NCBI GenBank assembly: GCA_030264375.1
Contig: JASCQW010000099.1
Location: 19,135,152-19,199,151, forward strand
Reading direction: 5' to 3'
Origin: Carcharhinus longimanus
Taxonomy: Eukaryota
DNA length: 64,000 bases
A model generated the notes under the pieces. That model had not been told where the DNA came from, did no database searches, and saw only the letters and a list, made by a program, of their open reading frames with translations. Of this stretch, positions 1 through 11,354 are shown in pieces. The first letter of the stretch is position 1, and the number at the start of each line of letters is the position of its first letter. The translations under genes and the position numbers were made by a program.

Positions 1-197
1 TGGGTTTCCTCCAGGTGCTCTGGTTTCCTCCCTCAGTCCAAAGATGTGCTGGTTTGGTGCATTGGCCACGCTAAATTCTCCCTCAGTGAGTGTACCCGAA
101 CAGGGGCCGGAGTGTGGCGACTAGGGGATTTTCACAGTAACTTCATTGCAGTGTTAATGTAAGCCTACTTGTGACACCAATAAATAAACTTAAAAAC
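1..197 (+). mobile_element. HE1-like tRNA-derived SINE, tail type A (cut by window edge)
   Basis: Body GGGTTTCCTCCAGGTGCTCTGGTTTCCTCC...AGTCCAAAGATGTGC and tail GTAAGCCTACTTGTGACACCAATAAATAAACTT shared with many copies in the window. Confidence 0.85.
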
Positions 198-199
198 TT

Positions 200-835
200 G
201 GTGGTCAGTCATTCAGTTACAGTGGCTGATCCAGTTAGGTTTTTGTCAATGGTTTGTCATCAGGATACTGATGGTGAGAGAATTCAGCAATGGAAATGTT
301 GCTGAATGTCAGGGAGAGATGGTTAGATTCTCGCATTGTCTGGCAATTGTATGATGTAAATGTTGCTTTCTGCTTATCAGCCCAAGCTTGAATGTTATCC
401 AGGCCTTGCTGCATGCAGGTTTCATCATCTGGGGTGTTGTACTCCTGAACACTGCACGATTGTCAGCGATCATCTCATTTCTGACCTTATGTTGAAGGCA
501 GTGTCATTTATGAAATAGCTGAAGATGGTTAAACCCATTCCGTGACCTTGAGGAACTCCTGAAGCAATGATCTGGGGCTGAGATGATTGGCCACAAAATA
601 CTTCCTTTATCATAAGTATAATTTCTTTTCACTTCAATTTTGCTGGGACTCCTTGGTGCCACACTTGGTCAAATGCTGCCTTGATGGCAAGGTTAGACTC
701 TCTTACCTCACTTGTGGAATTCAGCTCTTTCATCCACATCTTGATCAAGGCTATAATGAGGTCAGCAGCTGTGTGTCCCTTTGGAACCTGAATTCAGCAC
801 TAATGAGCTGCTTATTGTTGAGTGTCACTTAATAG
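200..835 (-). mobile_element. Degenerate CR1-clade LINE RT fragment
   Basis: Similar to 37290-37970 (e.g. GGGAGAGATGGTTAGATTCTC, CTTGAGGAACTCCTG = reverse of the GVPQG motif); many stops. Confidence 0.6.
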
Positions 836-1239
836 CACTGTCAACTGATAAGTTTTCATTCAGTGTAAATGTACCAATCACATGATGAGGATTGGCAAAA
901 CAACCATGTGGGTCCTTTATTTGAAGATAAAATGATATAAAGACAAGGTTAATTGGGATTCTGTATATACATATCTGACTTCTACAAAAGCTCCTGTTGT
1001 AAACTGAATTCAGAGTTCATGGGACCAATCCATCACATTGTATACATGTAGATCATATCACAAAATGGCTAAACCTTTCATTACTTTGCTGATGAATAAG
1101 AGTAAATTGAAAGGGCAGTAATTGGTCAGATTGGATATGTTCTGCTTTTGTGGGTAGGACATGTCTGGACAATTTGCCACATAGTAGCTGATTGGAACAG
1201 CCTACCTAGGGAACTGACTAATTCAGTAGTTCTTTTCAT

Positions 1240-1590
1240 GTACCCAACAAGTAAAATGAACTCAAATTAACTTAGGGACAAATTAAGAGGGGCAGCCCCC
1301 CAAAAAGAAAGGGGGGACGGCCCAAACAGAAACCAAAGTCCAAAGGAAACTTGAAACATTAAATCAAAATGCGGTGTCCAGTGGGCGCGGAAGGCGTTGA
1401 CTGCGCCTGTGGACACCACATGCTCCCTCTCCAGGGACACCTGGCTGCGAACATAGCCATGGTAGAGAGGCAGGCAGTCGGGATGGACGGCCCCATCGAT
1501 CGCCCGCTGTCTGGACCTATTGATAGTGCGTCTCGCCAGGCCCAGGAGCAGGTTCACGAGGAGGTCAGCGTCCCGATACGCCCCTGATCA
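1240..1590 (-). mobile_element. 3' end of Tx1/L1-like non-LTR retrotransposon ORF2
   Basis: ORF 1267-1557 LLLGLARRTINRSRQRA...DCLPLYHGYVRSQVSLEREHVVSTGAVNAFRAHW resembles the C-terminus of Tx1-type ORF2; locally GC/CpG rich. Confidence 0.7.
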
Positions 1591-2067
1591 GGATCGTGGG
1601 ACTGAAGTGCTAACAAAACATCAGTAAAAGGTGTTTGAGGAAACCAAAAAGGGTGTGCAATACAACTGCTGGGATTTTGTATGCAGTGCCTTCAGCTGTT
1701 CCTTGTTAGCACATGGGGTAATTTGAACTGGCTGAAGATCTGCATTTGTATTGCCAGGGTCCTCAGGAGGAGGTCAAGATGGTTCATCCACTTGGCACTT
1801 CTAGCTGAAGATATGTTGCAAATGCCTCAGCCTTTCCTTTGCATTGGCAAGCTAGGCTCTACCATCATTCAGGACGAGACTATTTATGGAGCTTCTTCCT
1901 CTAGCTTGTTTACTTGTTGCCTACAATTCAAAACTGGATGTGACAGAACGGTAAAGCTTAGATCTTAGTTGTAGGATTGCTTAGCTCTAACTGTAGCATG
2001 CTACTTTTGCTGTCTGGAGTACATTTATCTGTCCTGTGTTGTTACTTCATCAAGTTGAAGGCATGGG

Positions 2068-2362
2068 GTGGCATGGTGACGCAATGGTTAGTACTGCTGG
2101 TTCACAGAGCCAGGAACCCGGTTTCAATTCCTGCCTTGGGTCACTGTCTGTGTGGAGTCTGCATGTTCTTCCCGGATGGGTTACCTTCGGGTGCTCCAGT
2201 TTCCTTCCACAGTCCAAAAGACGTGCTGATTAGGTTCATTGGCCATACTAAATTTTTCCTCAGTGTACCTGAACAGGGTCTGGAGTGTGGCGACTAGGGG
2301 ATTTTCACAGTAACTTCATTGCAGTGTAAGCAAATTTGTGACATTAATAAATAAACTTTAAA
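2068..2362 (+). mobile_element. HE1-like SINE, tail type A
   Basis: tRNA-like head GGCATGGTGACGCAATGGTTAGTACTGCTG, B-box-like GGTTTCAATTCC, tail TTGTGACATTAATAAATAAACTT. Confidence 0.9.
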
Positions 2363-2469
2363 ATAGTAAAAATTTCAATATTGTATCTCTCTGCTAAGAA
2401 GTTTGTTTCACCTTTCACACATGGTTTCTCTGAATTTGATGTGGCTATGTCTGATAAGCTTAAGCTTTT

Positions 2470-2746
2470 TTTTAACTAGTGTCACAAGCAGGCTTACATT
2501 AACACTGCAATGAAGTCACTGTGAAAATCTTCTAGTCGCCTCACTCCGGTACCTGTTCGGGTACGTTGAGGAAGAATTTAGCATGATCAATGCACCTAAC
2601 CAGCATGCCTTTTGGATTGTGGGAGGTAACCCATGCAGATATGGGGAGAACGTGCAGACTCCGCACAGACAGTGACCCAAGCTCGGATTCAAACCCGGGT
2701 CCCTGGCGTTGAGAGGCAACAGTGCTAACCACTGTGCCACCATGCC
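2470..2746 (-). mobile_element. HE1-like SINE, tail type A
   Basis: Reverse complement of the same consensus (ends CTAACCACTGTGCCACCATGCC on +). Confidence 0.9.
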
Positions 2747-2994
2747 ATCTTTCCTTTAAATTGGCAATGTTTAGTTTCAAAGCCAAAACAGCTTCTGCAC
2801 AAGTGGACTACCTGGTGTCACAAATTCATTTGACCGCCATATGCCTGCTCCAAGCATGATGGCAGCATATTCCATCGGTGCGTGGAAACTACAAGAAAGG
2901 CATACAAGTTTTGAACAAAATCAATAAAATGTACAGCTGCCTCTCACAATTCAGCTGCTGCATTGCAAATTAAATTCAAGTATGACTGGAAAAG

Positions 2995-3243
2995 TTTAAG
3001 GTTATTTATCAATGTCACAAGTTGGCTTACATTAACCCTGCGATGAAGTTACTGTGAAAATCCTCTAGTCACCACACTCCAGCGCCTGTTCGGGTACACT
3101 GAAGGAGAATTTAGAATAGCCAATGCACCTAACCAGCAGGTCTTTCAGACTGTGGGAGGAAACCGAAGCACCTGGAGGAAACCCACACAGACACAGAGAG
3201 AATGTGCAAACTCCTTACAGACAGTGACCCACGCCAGGAATCA
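2995..3243 (-). mobile_element. HE1-like SINE, tail type A, 5'-truncated
   Basis: Reverse-complement match to SINE body and tail. Confidence 0.85.
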
Positions 3244-3967
3244 ACATAGGATGAATAATGCACAGGTGCTTGTGTTGTTCAGCCTTGCTTGTAGACTTGA
3301 ACATTTTCCTGCCATATTTGAAGTGTGATTGAAGTTCTGCCCATGACAGTTTTTGATGTCTATATCTAAATTTGCAATGATTTCCAAAACAATTATCCCT
3401 AGGCAGCCGGTAGTGTGGGATTGTTGGAGGGCTGGGGTGGCCAAGACAGCAGGAAGGGGAAACCTGGTTTTTTCTGAGAGGGGGGGAATGGTGTGGAGGA
3501 CGGTGTGGAGGCTTCAGATGGGTCCCAGGAAGCCTGTTAAGGAGGCATCTTGCATTGCCTATCACAAACCCACACAGTCAAAGTTGCCGGGCTGGATGCT
3601 TGGCAAGGGCCTTCCCTGCCTCTGGTTAAATTCAAGTGATGGTGGGGTGTGAGCCTTAGATGGCCATTGAAGGCTTCCCTACTACTGGGAAAATTGTGGT
3701 GTGGGCAGGAGTAGACAGCAGACTCGGTGCTTAAGGCATGGCTGCCAATTTTACCGGCCCACACCCACATGCCAACCAATTCCATTCCATTATCTATTAT
3801 GCAATAGTGGCATCATAAACATCAGGAAGATTTCTTCAAGTTGCTATTATCTAACTAAATTTTACAAATGTTTGAAAAGAACAAATTTACAACTTCATTG
3901 AAAGTTCAGTTGGGGGGGAAATCTTCCTTTGTTTATAATGATACTAATGTTAGAGATCAGAGACAAT

Positions 3968-4222
3968 GGCTGGAAGTTTACTGACACACCCGCCCCAATT
4001 TTGGGGGCAGGCAAGGCTCGGAGAATGGCATTCTCTGTTGGCCTCGGGCAGGATCGTACGAACCTCGGGCAGATGTGCCAGTAAAATTCCACCCAATGGG
4101 TGGCATTTTCTGGCTGTGTTCGCCTCAAGACCGGAAAACCGTGCCCAAGGTCAATGGACCTATGCGTGGTTCGCCCCTGCCTGCTACAATTCCTGTGGCA
4201 AATGGGACGGGAAAATTCTGCG
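3968..4222. mobile_element. Harbinger-related MITE(s), GGGC(A/G)GAATT-type ends
   Basis: Contains CCGGAAAA...CCCAAGGTCAATGGACCT...GGGACGGGAAAATTCTGCGC, which recurs at ~21098-21225, ~28826-28955 and ~30620-30749. Confidence 0.6.
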
Positions 4223-4301
4223 CAATGTTCTTCTATGTTTGGAAATAATTATACAGATTATGAAGTCTCACATTGTTGCATTGATTTTGTTTGCATTATA
4301 G

Positions 4302-4450
4302 AATATACTAAAACACACGGAACCAAATCATCCTGATTATTACCTGCTGCCATTATGCACACATCATTTCCAAACCTTTCTTTCTCGATTCAGCCATCTA
4401 CTCCAGTATAATGAAGAATTGCTAAAACAGAACCAAAAAGGCTTAACTAG
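4302..4450 (+). CDS. ARHGEF33: ARHGEF33 internal coding exon (end of DH/RhoGEF domain)
   Basis: ttgcattatag| ... |gtgagt. Translates NILKHTEPNHPDYYLLPLCTHHFQTFLSRFSHLLQYNEELLKQNQKGLT, aligning to recalled human NVLKFTEQEHPDYYLLLVCVQRLRVFISHYTLLFQCNEDLLIQKRKKLK. Phase 0 to 2, 149 bp. Confidence 0.9.
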
Positions 4451-5299
4451 GTGAGTAACTCTGACACTAGAAACTTTGGAGTTCTGGCAGAACATAAATT
4501 TAATATCTCAATCTTGACTGAAATCCAAACTGACCTGAACTCTCATATAAATGTAGGACTAGCTTGATAATAAGAGACTAAAGCTCACCTTCTACCTTCT
4601 TGGTAGTCACGTGGTTACAATGATAATTATGTTGTTGATTAATCATAGCAATTAATCTCTATCAAATAGTCCTATTCAGGCCCAGACATAGTACCAGGAA
4701 ACCCCTAGTGGTGGAGACCTTTTGTGAATTTTCAGTTCAGAGTCACCTCTTCCTCCCACGCCTGCTACACAGACTGTATGTCTCCTCTCAAGTTACTCCT
4801 AGACTGCATCGTAAAATGTTATTTTATTAAATAAATCAATCTCATTTGCGTTTTATAAGATTTATATCAACTGCTTCTGCTGTCTCCCTTTGTGAGTCTG
4901 TTTTATAGGTTGTTAGATAAAGTGTGATAGCTGGACAGGGGAAAAACAGGAAAATTGTCAAACTCGTTCCACTTTTCCAGAATCCCCTCAATTACTCATA
5001 TCAAACAAGTTCTGGCTACAAGCAGGATAACTGAGTTGTAATCCATTCAACTGCTCCTCATTTTCATGGGACAATGGTCGTGTTACTTCAATGTTTTTTT
5101 TGTAAAGAGAATATTGCTGTATTTTCTGTTTTTTGGTTGTGAGGTAAATAGCCTGGTAGTGGCAGTGGTTTCTATATCATATTTTTAGCCACATTGAAAA
5201 AAGAATTTGGCATGGTTTTCACGTTGCCTCTACAGCAGACAGAATCTGATTCAACCATCCTGCCATCAGTTCAGAGCTTCAATCAGCTGCTTCAATTAA

Positions 5300-5605
5300 A
5301 GGCAACCCAGTGCTCCCGAAATGCTTGTTAAAAGTCCACCAATGAGTATGGCTACAAAGAAGTCTGCCCCAAGGTTCAGTGAGACATCCTTTGCCAGAAT
5401 GCTGGATGCCGTGTATCCCCTGTCACCAAGAAACCAACCTTGTAGCCTCTGTGCTCACTCAAAAATGTTGGGTATCTGAGAATGAAGCATGGCACAGAGG
5501 GCAATGATGATATGGACACTCTCCGAGGACCTAGCACACATCTGTAGGATGCGCTTCATGTGGTCACAGACTTGGTGAACATTAAGGGAGTGGAAGCCCT
5601 TGCAG
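5300..5605. mobile_element. Internally deleted PIF/Harbinger relic
   Basis: + strand MATKKSAPRFSETSFARMLDAV (Myb/SANT ORF start) abuts - strand transposase motifs KGFHSLNVHQVCDH and GWFLGDRGY. Confidence 0.7.
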
Positions 5606-5865
5606 TCATGTGGTGATTTATAGTGATCGTCCCTTTAAGAGCAACACAGCAGAAGAGGGTCCCTTTGTTTGTGAAGCCAACGGAGACTGAGTGCAAGTAA
5701 CCAGCCCAGGGATTGGAGTCCTCTCTAAGGCAGTAGACATACAGGGGACTAGGGCAGCCATGTGGACTGTGTTTCTATTGAAGTTTGTGAAAGTGCATCA
5801 TTACATTTGGTGAAGAGGATAAAATTATCATGACACTTTCTGGCCTGACATTTGTGAGTATCCTA

Positions 5866-6025
5866 TTCTTGACCACCTTGTCCACCTGAGTTGCCAACTT
5901 CAGGGAACTGTAAATCTGCATGCCTAAATCGCTCTGTCTACTAATATTTCTAAGGGCTCTACCATTTACTGTATACTTTCCTTCTGTAATAGACCTTCCA
6001 AATCGCATCACCTCACATTTAACTT
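5866..6025 (-). mobile_element. CR1 LINE RT fragment (inverted partner of the 6879-7665 copy)
   Basis: KCEVMRFGR...Y.VNGRAL...DLGMQIYSSLKLATQVDKVVK. Confidence 0.8.
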
Positions 6026-6177
6026 GTAGATCTATTGGATTGGATGTAGTTTTAGCAAAGGGAAGTCCTAAAAGAGTCTGAAGAAAAAAGGACTCACCTG
6101 AATGCCTGACTTTGGCAAATAGACCCATTTGAGATGTTGACATATTCCCAGATCCTAGCCAGTAGGGTATAAAGTTT

Positions 6178-6503
6178 AGAAATCATAAAACCCTATACTG
6201 AGAAGGAAGTCATTTGGCCCATACAGTCTGAACCGACTCTCCAACAGAGCATCTTACCCAGGCCCTATCTCTATAACCCTACATATTTACCTGTACATCT
6301 TGGGACACTAAAGGACAATTTAGCAAGGCCAATTGACCTAACCTGTATATCTTTGGACTGTGGGAGAAAACTGGAACACCAGGAGGAAATCCGTGCAGGC
6401 ACAGGAAGAATATGCAAACTCTATACAGTCACCCAAGGCTGGAATTGAATCCAGGTCCCTGGCACTGTGTGGCAGCAGTGCTAACCACAGTGCCACTATG
6501 CTG
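6178..6503 (-). mobile_element. HE1-like SINE, tail type B (CR1-like 3' tail)
   Basis: Reverse complement of SINE head/body with a tail related to ...GGGCCAAATGGCCTCCTTCTG...GATTCTATGATT. Confidence 0.85.
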
Positions 6504-6878
6504 CTAAATATATGGAGATGTCACGAATCTGGCTGATGTTAACTGCAAGGGTGTGCCAACTTGGAAACACTGGTCAACGGTGATGTATATTTTTGTCCAT
6601 AGGAACAGTATAAGGGGCCACATGTGATACATAGTGAAAACAGTAACTAGCCCAGTCATAGTATAATACCTATTAAAGACTATTGACTACAGTAAAAAAG
6701 ACACATATACATCAGCAGGACTATGGTAGTCTAAGACAGCTACATACAAGACCACTAAATACACTCACACAGTTTAAGTAGAAATTATCCTCTTGGAACC
6801 AAAGTACATTTACAAGATCTGAACTCTTTCAGGACTTCCCTCAGCTAAAACTACATCCAATCCAATAGATCTACAAGT

Positions 6879-7665
6879 AAAATGTGAGGTGATGCGATTT
6901 GGAAGGTGTAGTATAGAAGGAAAGTATAATCTAAATGGTAGAGTCCTTAAAAATATTAGCATACAGAGGTATCTAGGTGTGCAGATACACAGTTCCCTGA
7001 AGGTGGCAACTCAGGTGGACAAGGTGATCAAAAAGGTGTATGGCTTGCTGGCCTTCATTGGTCAGGATGTTGAATATAGGAATTGAAGAAACATCTTACA
7101 GCTGTATAAGAGTTCAGTTAGGCCACATTTGGAGTATTGTGTACAGTTCTGGTTGTCCCACTACCGGAAGGATGTTGATGCATTGGAAAGGGTGCAGTAG
7201 AGAATTACCAGAATGTTGCCTGGTTTGGAGGATATGGACTATAGAGAAAGGATGAACAAACTTGGATTGTTTTCATTGGAGCATCAGAGGTTGAGAGAGG
7301 ACCTGATGGAGGTTTACAAGATTATGACAGGCTTGGATAGAGTGGAAAGTCAGACTCTTTTTCCCAGGGTCAAAGGGTCAATTACTTGGGGGCGTAGATT
7401 GAGAGTGAAAGAGAGAAAGTTTAAAAGAGATGTAAGGGACAAGTTTTTCCACACAGAGGGTGGTGAATGCCCAGAACGCGCTGCTGGAGGAAGTGGTGGA
7501 AGCAGATTCTATAAAAACGATTAAGAGGCATCTAGGTACATAGGCTGCGAGTAGACGTATATGGACTAGGTAGAGACAAAAAAAATTAGATCAGAGAGGT
7601 AGCTGTGTCAGCATAGACTTGGTTGGGCAAAAGGGCCTGTTCCTGTGCCTTACTGTTCTTTGTTA
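6879..7665 (+). mobile_element. CR1 LINE 3' portion with 3'UTR
   Basis: KCEVMRFGR...ATQVDKVIKKVYGLLAFI...LGLFSLEHQRLREDLMEVYKIMTGLDRV; ends GGGCCTGTTCCTGTGC...TGTTCTTTG. Confidence 0.9.
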
Positions 7666-8099
7666 TAAAGGCTACCTTATGGTTACCTCGCTGTATATGA
7701 TTGAGTAGTTATTCTGGGGAACTTCTCTTCTTAGTGTGTTTTAACAACTCCACCCAAGGTACTCTGCATGCTTTCTTCTGGTCTGCTAACCAGCTCTGCT
7801 TACAGGCTGCTGGCTGGACTCTGCACGTCAGGTTGCTAGTTAAATACTGCCTCCCTCCATCCACAAGAGTGTTGTCATTTGTATCATTGTTTCTCACTGT
7901 ACCTTTGGCTGTCTGTCTCCTTGGCTTCTGTTAGTTTTGACATTGGCATATATATGTCTTCCCTAAATGGTACTATTGTCTCCCCAAAGTATTTCCTAGC
8001 AGTAAGATTATGTATCTCTTTTTTGGTCTATCTACACCTACTAACCTTGTTACTGGGACTCACATCCTGTGAAATACCTTCTGAGGTTCTAGTGGCTTT

Positions 8100-9450
8100 G
8101 AATCTGCTGGCACAGTCATGACAGAAAGAGAGAGATACAAGAGAAAATAACTGTGAGTTTAAGAAAAATAGAACTTGGGCTAAGGAAAAATGAAGAGTTA
8201 CTGCAAAGTTTTTTTTTAAAGAGACAGAACATAGAAAACACATTTTGGTTGAACAGGAAAAAATGCCCTAAGGAGCTGTGTCGAGTTCTCCAGAAACTTG
8301 GGAAAATGAAGAGACTGAAGCTGCCAGGCTCCTGATTGGAGCCAGTGGGAGTTCCATGGCAGCGGTCCCTGCACTGAGGGAATTCAGGCAGCGAAGTTTC
8401 AAAGGTCTACAAAGTAGAGAAGTCCCTCAATCTGTTTGAAATAATAGTTTAAAAGTTTTTGGTAAAAAGATAAAAAGACAATGGCCCTGAATGGACCACA
8501 TGGGACCGCCCAATGAAATTGACAAAAAGTTGAGGGAAAATGGATTCTCCAAATGACTAAAGAAGAAAAATTGCTGAGATTGCTGAGAGAACTTTCCATC
8601 AGCAAGAATAAGTTTTAAAAGTTTTTTAAAAATTAAAAAGAGCTCCAAAGTTGGCACCAAAACTCTAAAAATGTGGAAAGAACATTCAGAGAAAATCAGC
8701 AGCTGTTGGCAGTTAGAAAAAACATGACAATCTTAAAACCGCAATGCATTTAGAAAGAAGCAAACAGCAATGGACTGGAAAATTGGAGAAGACCCCAGAT
8801 AGAGAGCAACTGTCAAAAACTGTCCAGAGACAAAGAAGACCTTGTGGAAGAAGCAATGCAAGACCTCAGAGGAGGAAATGAAGATCTCAGAGGAGGGTAA
8901 TATAAGACCCCAGAAAGAAGATAATGTAAGACCCAGAAAGAGGGCACTGAATGACCCTAAAGAAGCACAGCGAAAGACCCAATGAAAGGAAGGGCAATGA
9001 AAGAATTGCAAAATGGAAATAAGATAACATTTTCGTTGGAGAAGACCTGACCAACAGTGAAGTCAAAAGGGCTTGGTTGAAGTTAAGACAAGTAGAAACA
9101 GGTTCCATCTGTGAAATATATTATCCAGTCAGAACAAGATGGATTTCTCTTGGAAGAAACACAGAAATTAAAGATTTGAAAAGAAATTAGGATCTACTGA
9201 ACATAAACTGGAAATAGTAAAAAGAATTAAAGCTCTAAAGAAGACATTAAAACAACAAGATGAAATTTCTCAGCAAACTTGAAAAAAGTGGCAAAAATTT
9301 ATCAAATGAAGTTAAGAAAAAGGAGAACTTAATGCGACAATGGAGAATAAGCCGAACTCAGGCAGTGGATGTCCAAGCCATACCAGTTTCTGGAAAAAGT
9401 TGCACAGTTGAATCATTCTGTCCTTGGACAGACAAAGACATTATCGACAG
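8100..9450 (+). mobile_element. Possible decayed endogenous-retrovirus gag-like region
   Basis: Purine/A-rich broken ORFs with coiled-coil character ending FCPWTDKDII, reminiscent of the (Y/F)RPWT motif of fish ERV Gag; no pol seen. Confidence 0.3.
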
Positions 9451-11354
9451 TGATGCTCACTCACCTCTCAGAGGTCAGGTGCTGTCTGTAGACCCTGAGC
9501 CATAGAAAGCCTCCAAAGGCTTTCAGGGTCTCTCCTACAGAAATGGAGCAGGCCCTGCCATCTCTTCCTCCTCAGGATTCAGCTCATGCCTCTTGAGAAC
9601 TAGGTGCTTCTGTTGAGAACATCGCTCCTCTCAACAGGCTAGAAGAATGATAGCCAATTATCCATCTCTCTCTTGTGCTACACACTGCAAAGGGAAAGAG
9701 AAAGCAAACATTAGGAATTTGCCTCCCTGAGTTGACCTTTTGCCCCTCAACCGATGTTAGCAGCGTCTCAATGGTAACTGACTGCTGTGCTAGCCATCAC
9801 ATTGAGGACCTTTCCCATACAGTCTCCCAAAGCACACATTACCCACATCACCCTTTCACCACTCAGAGCGAGAGCTAAAACTTTGGAAACCCTCCTGAGC
9901 TCTCATGTAAGATGCTTCTTGGGCACTGCGTGCTACCCTGTCAAAGGGGGAGAGGGGAAGTGGGGGGGGACCTTGTAAGGACACCGCAGCACCCACATGT
10001 TTTGGAGCAGCATGCTCCACTAAATCTTTTAGCCTTTGTCCTTTGTTAACAAGCCTTCTCAGCAAATGGTGCAGGAACATCATGGTATTAACAGAATTGG
10101 GAAGTCTGTTCATCAGTAGGCATAATTCACTCAGCTGGCAAAGTAAAGGAATATTAATAGACTAGCAGTTCAATGATCTGGATGGCAAAAGTATACTTAT
10201 TGATGTCTTGCCTCTCTGTCAGAGTTAANNNNNNNNNNNNNNNNNNNNNNNNNNNNNNNNNNNNNNNNNNNNNNNNNNNNNNNNNNNNNNNNNNNNNNNN
10301 NNNNNNNNNNNNNNNNNNNNNNNNNNNNCTCTCTGTCAGAGTTAACATACTCAGTCATGAACTCACAGGCAACCTTGCATCCCCATCTTGGTAGATCCTA
10401 GGTTGTCAACTGGACAATCAGTCAACCCACCAGCCTAGGCTTCCCTTTCTAGTGTCAGGGCCCTTCAAGGATGCAGAGCTGAAGATGACAGCCTCAAGAT
10501 GGATCAGCTTTAAAAATAGCTTCTTTCCCCTCTCAGTGATGATTCCTCCCCCTTTCAGGGGCCAAACCATTTCCCCTTCTTAGTAAGAGGCCATTGCCAC
10601 TGTGACCCCCCCCATGCCTCCGTGCACCGCCCGGGGNNNNNNNNNNCCTCCCCCCACTGACTCTCCCCCCCTTGTAAACAGTCCTACCATTTCAAACCTC
10701 CAAAGTCCCCTAAACTTCACTCCAGCTGCTTGGCCAGTCCGCAAATTCACTACCCCCTTCCTCTTCCACCTACCTGTCCTCAACCCTTGCATGGAAAGCA
10801 GGGTTGCCCCCTGGAACCTCAAGCCCCATCACCTGGTTATTTCTAGGTTCAGCCCTAGAACCCAAAACCCTATTGTCTGGTGTGTGTTTTCCCCTACCCC
10901 ACTTCCCCACTCTCCCAGTTCAGCCATGTGTCTTTGCCTCCTTTGACCTTCAACCCTCCTCACCCTGATGGCCCGAGACCCTCTATTTGCTCTGACCTTC
11001 AACTGCGCACCCCTCCCCACACAAACACACACACAAACACCCCCTTACCCCCACCCCCGCGTCCATATTCTGAGACTCTTTGCTTCTCTGACCTTCAACT
11101 GTGCCCTCTTTGAGGCAAGGAAACAGAAAAAAATCCCAAGGCCAAAAAGTAAAAAGTACTTTCAAAAATTCCTCTCTGCCCTTTCAGGGAATCAAATCAA
11201 GTCCAGGAGATCACCTCTTCAAGAGGAAAGAGCTCTATGTATTAACTCCCTCCCCTTTCACGTGGATTATTACTCCAATTTAAGCTGTTTTATCAAAGTT
11301 TGCAGAATGCACAAATTATTTATATTCCTTGTTGCATTTATCAGCATTTATAAT

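Noticed and set aside
2068-2140. tRNA genes at SINE heads
   Set aside because: A/B-box-like heads continue into SINE bodies; no complete cloverleaf seen.
1977-2786. Recurrent small ORFs such as MVAQWLALLP...LCGVCTFSP (also at 30251, 32714, 36966, 38080, 41166)
   Set aside because: Chance translations of the HE1-like SINE consensus.
3830-3901. LTKFYKCL resembling the missing ARHGEF33 MAKLYKGL segment
   Set aside because: It lies upstream of the exon it should follow and has no convincing splice sites; likely chance.
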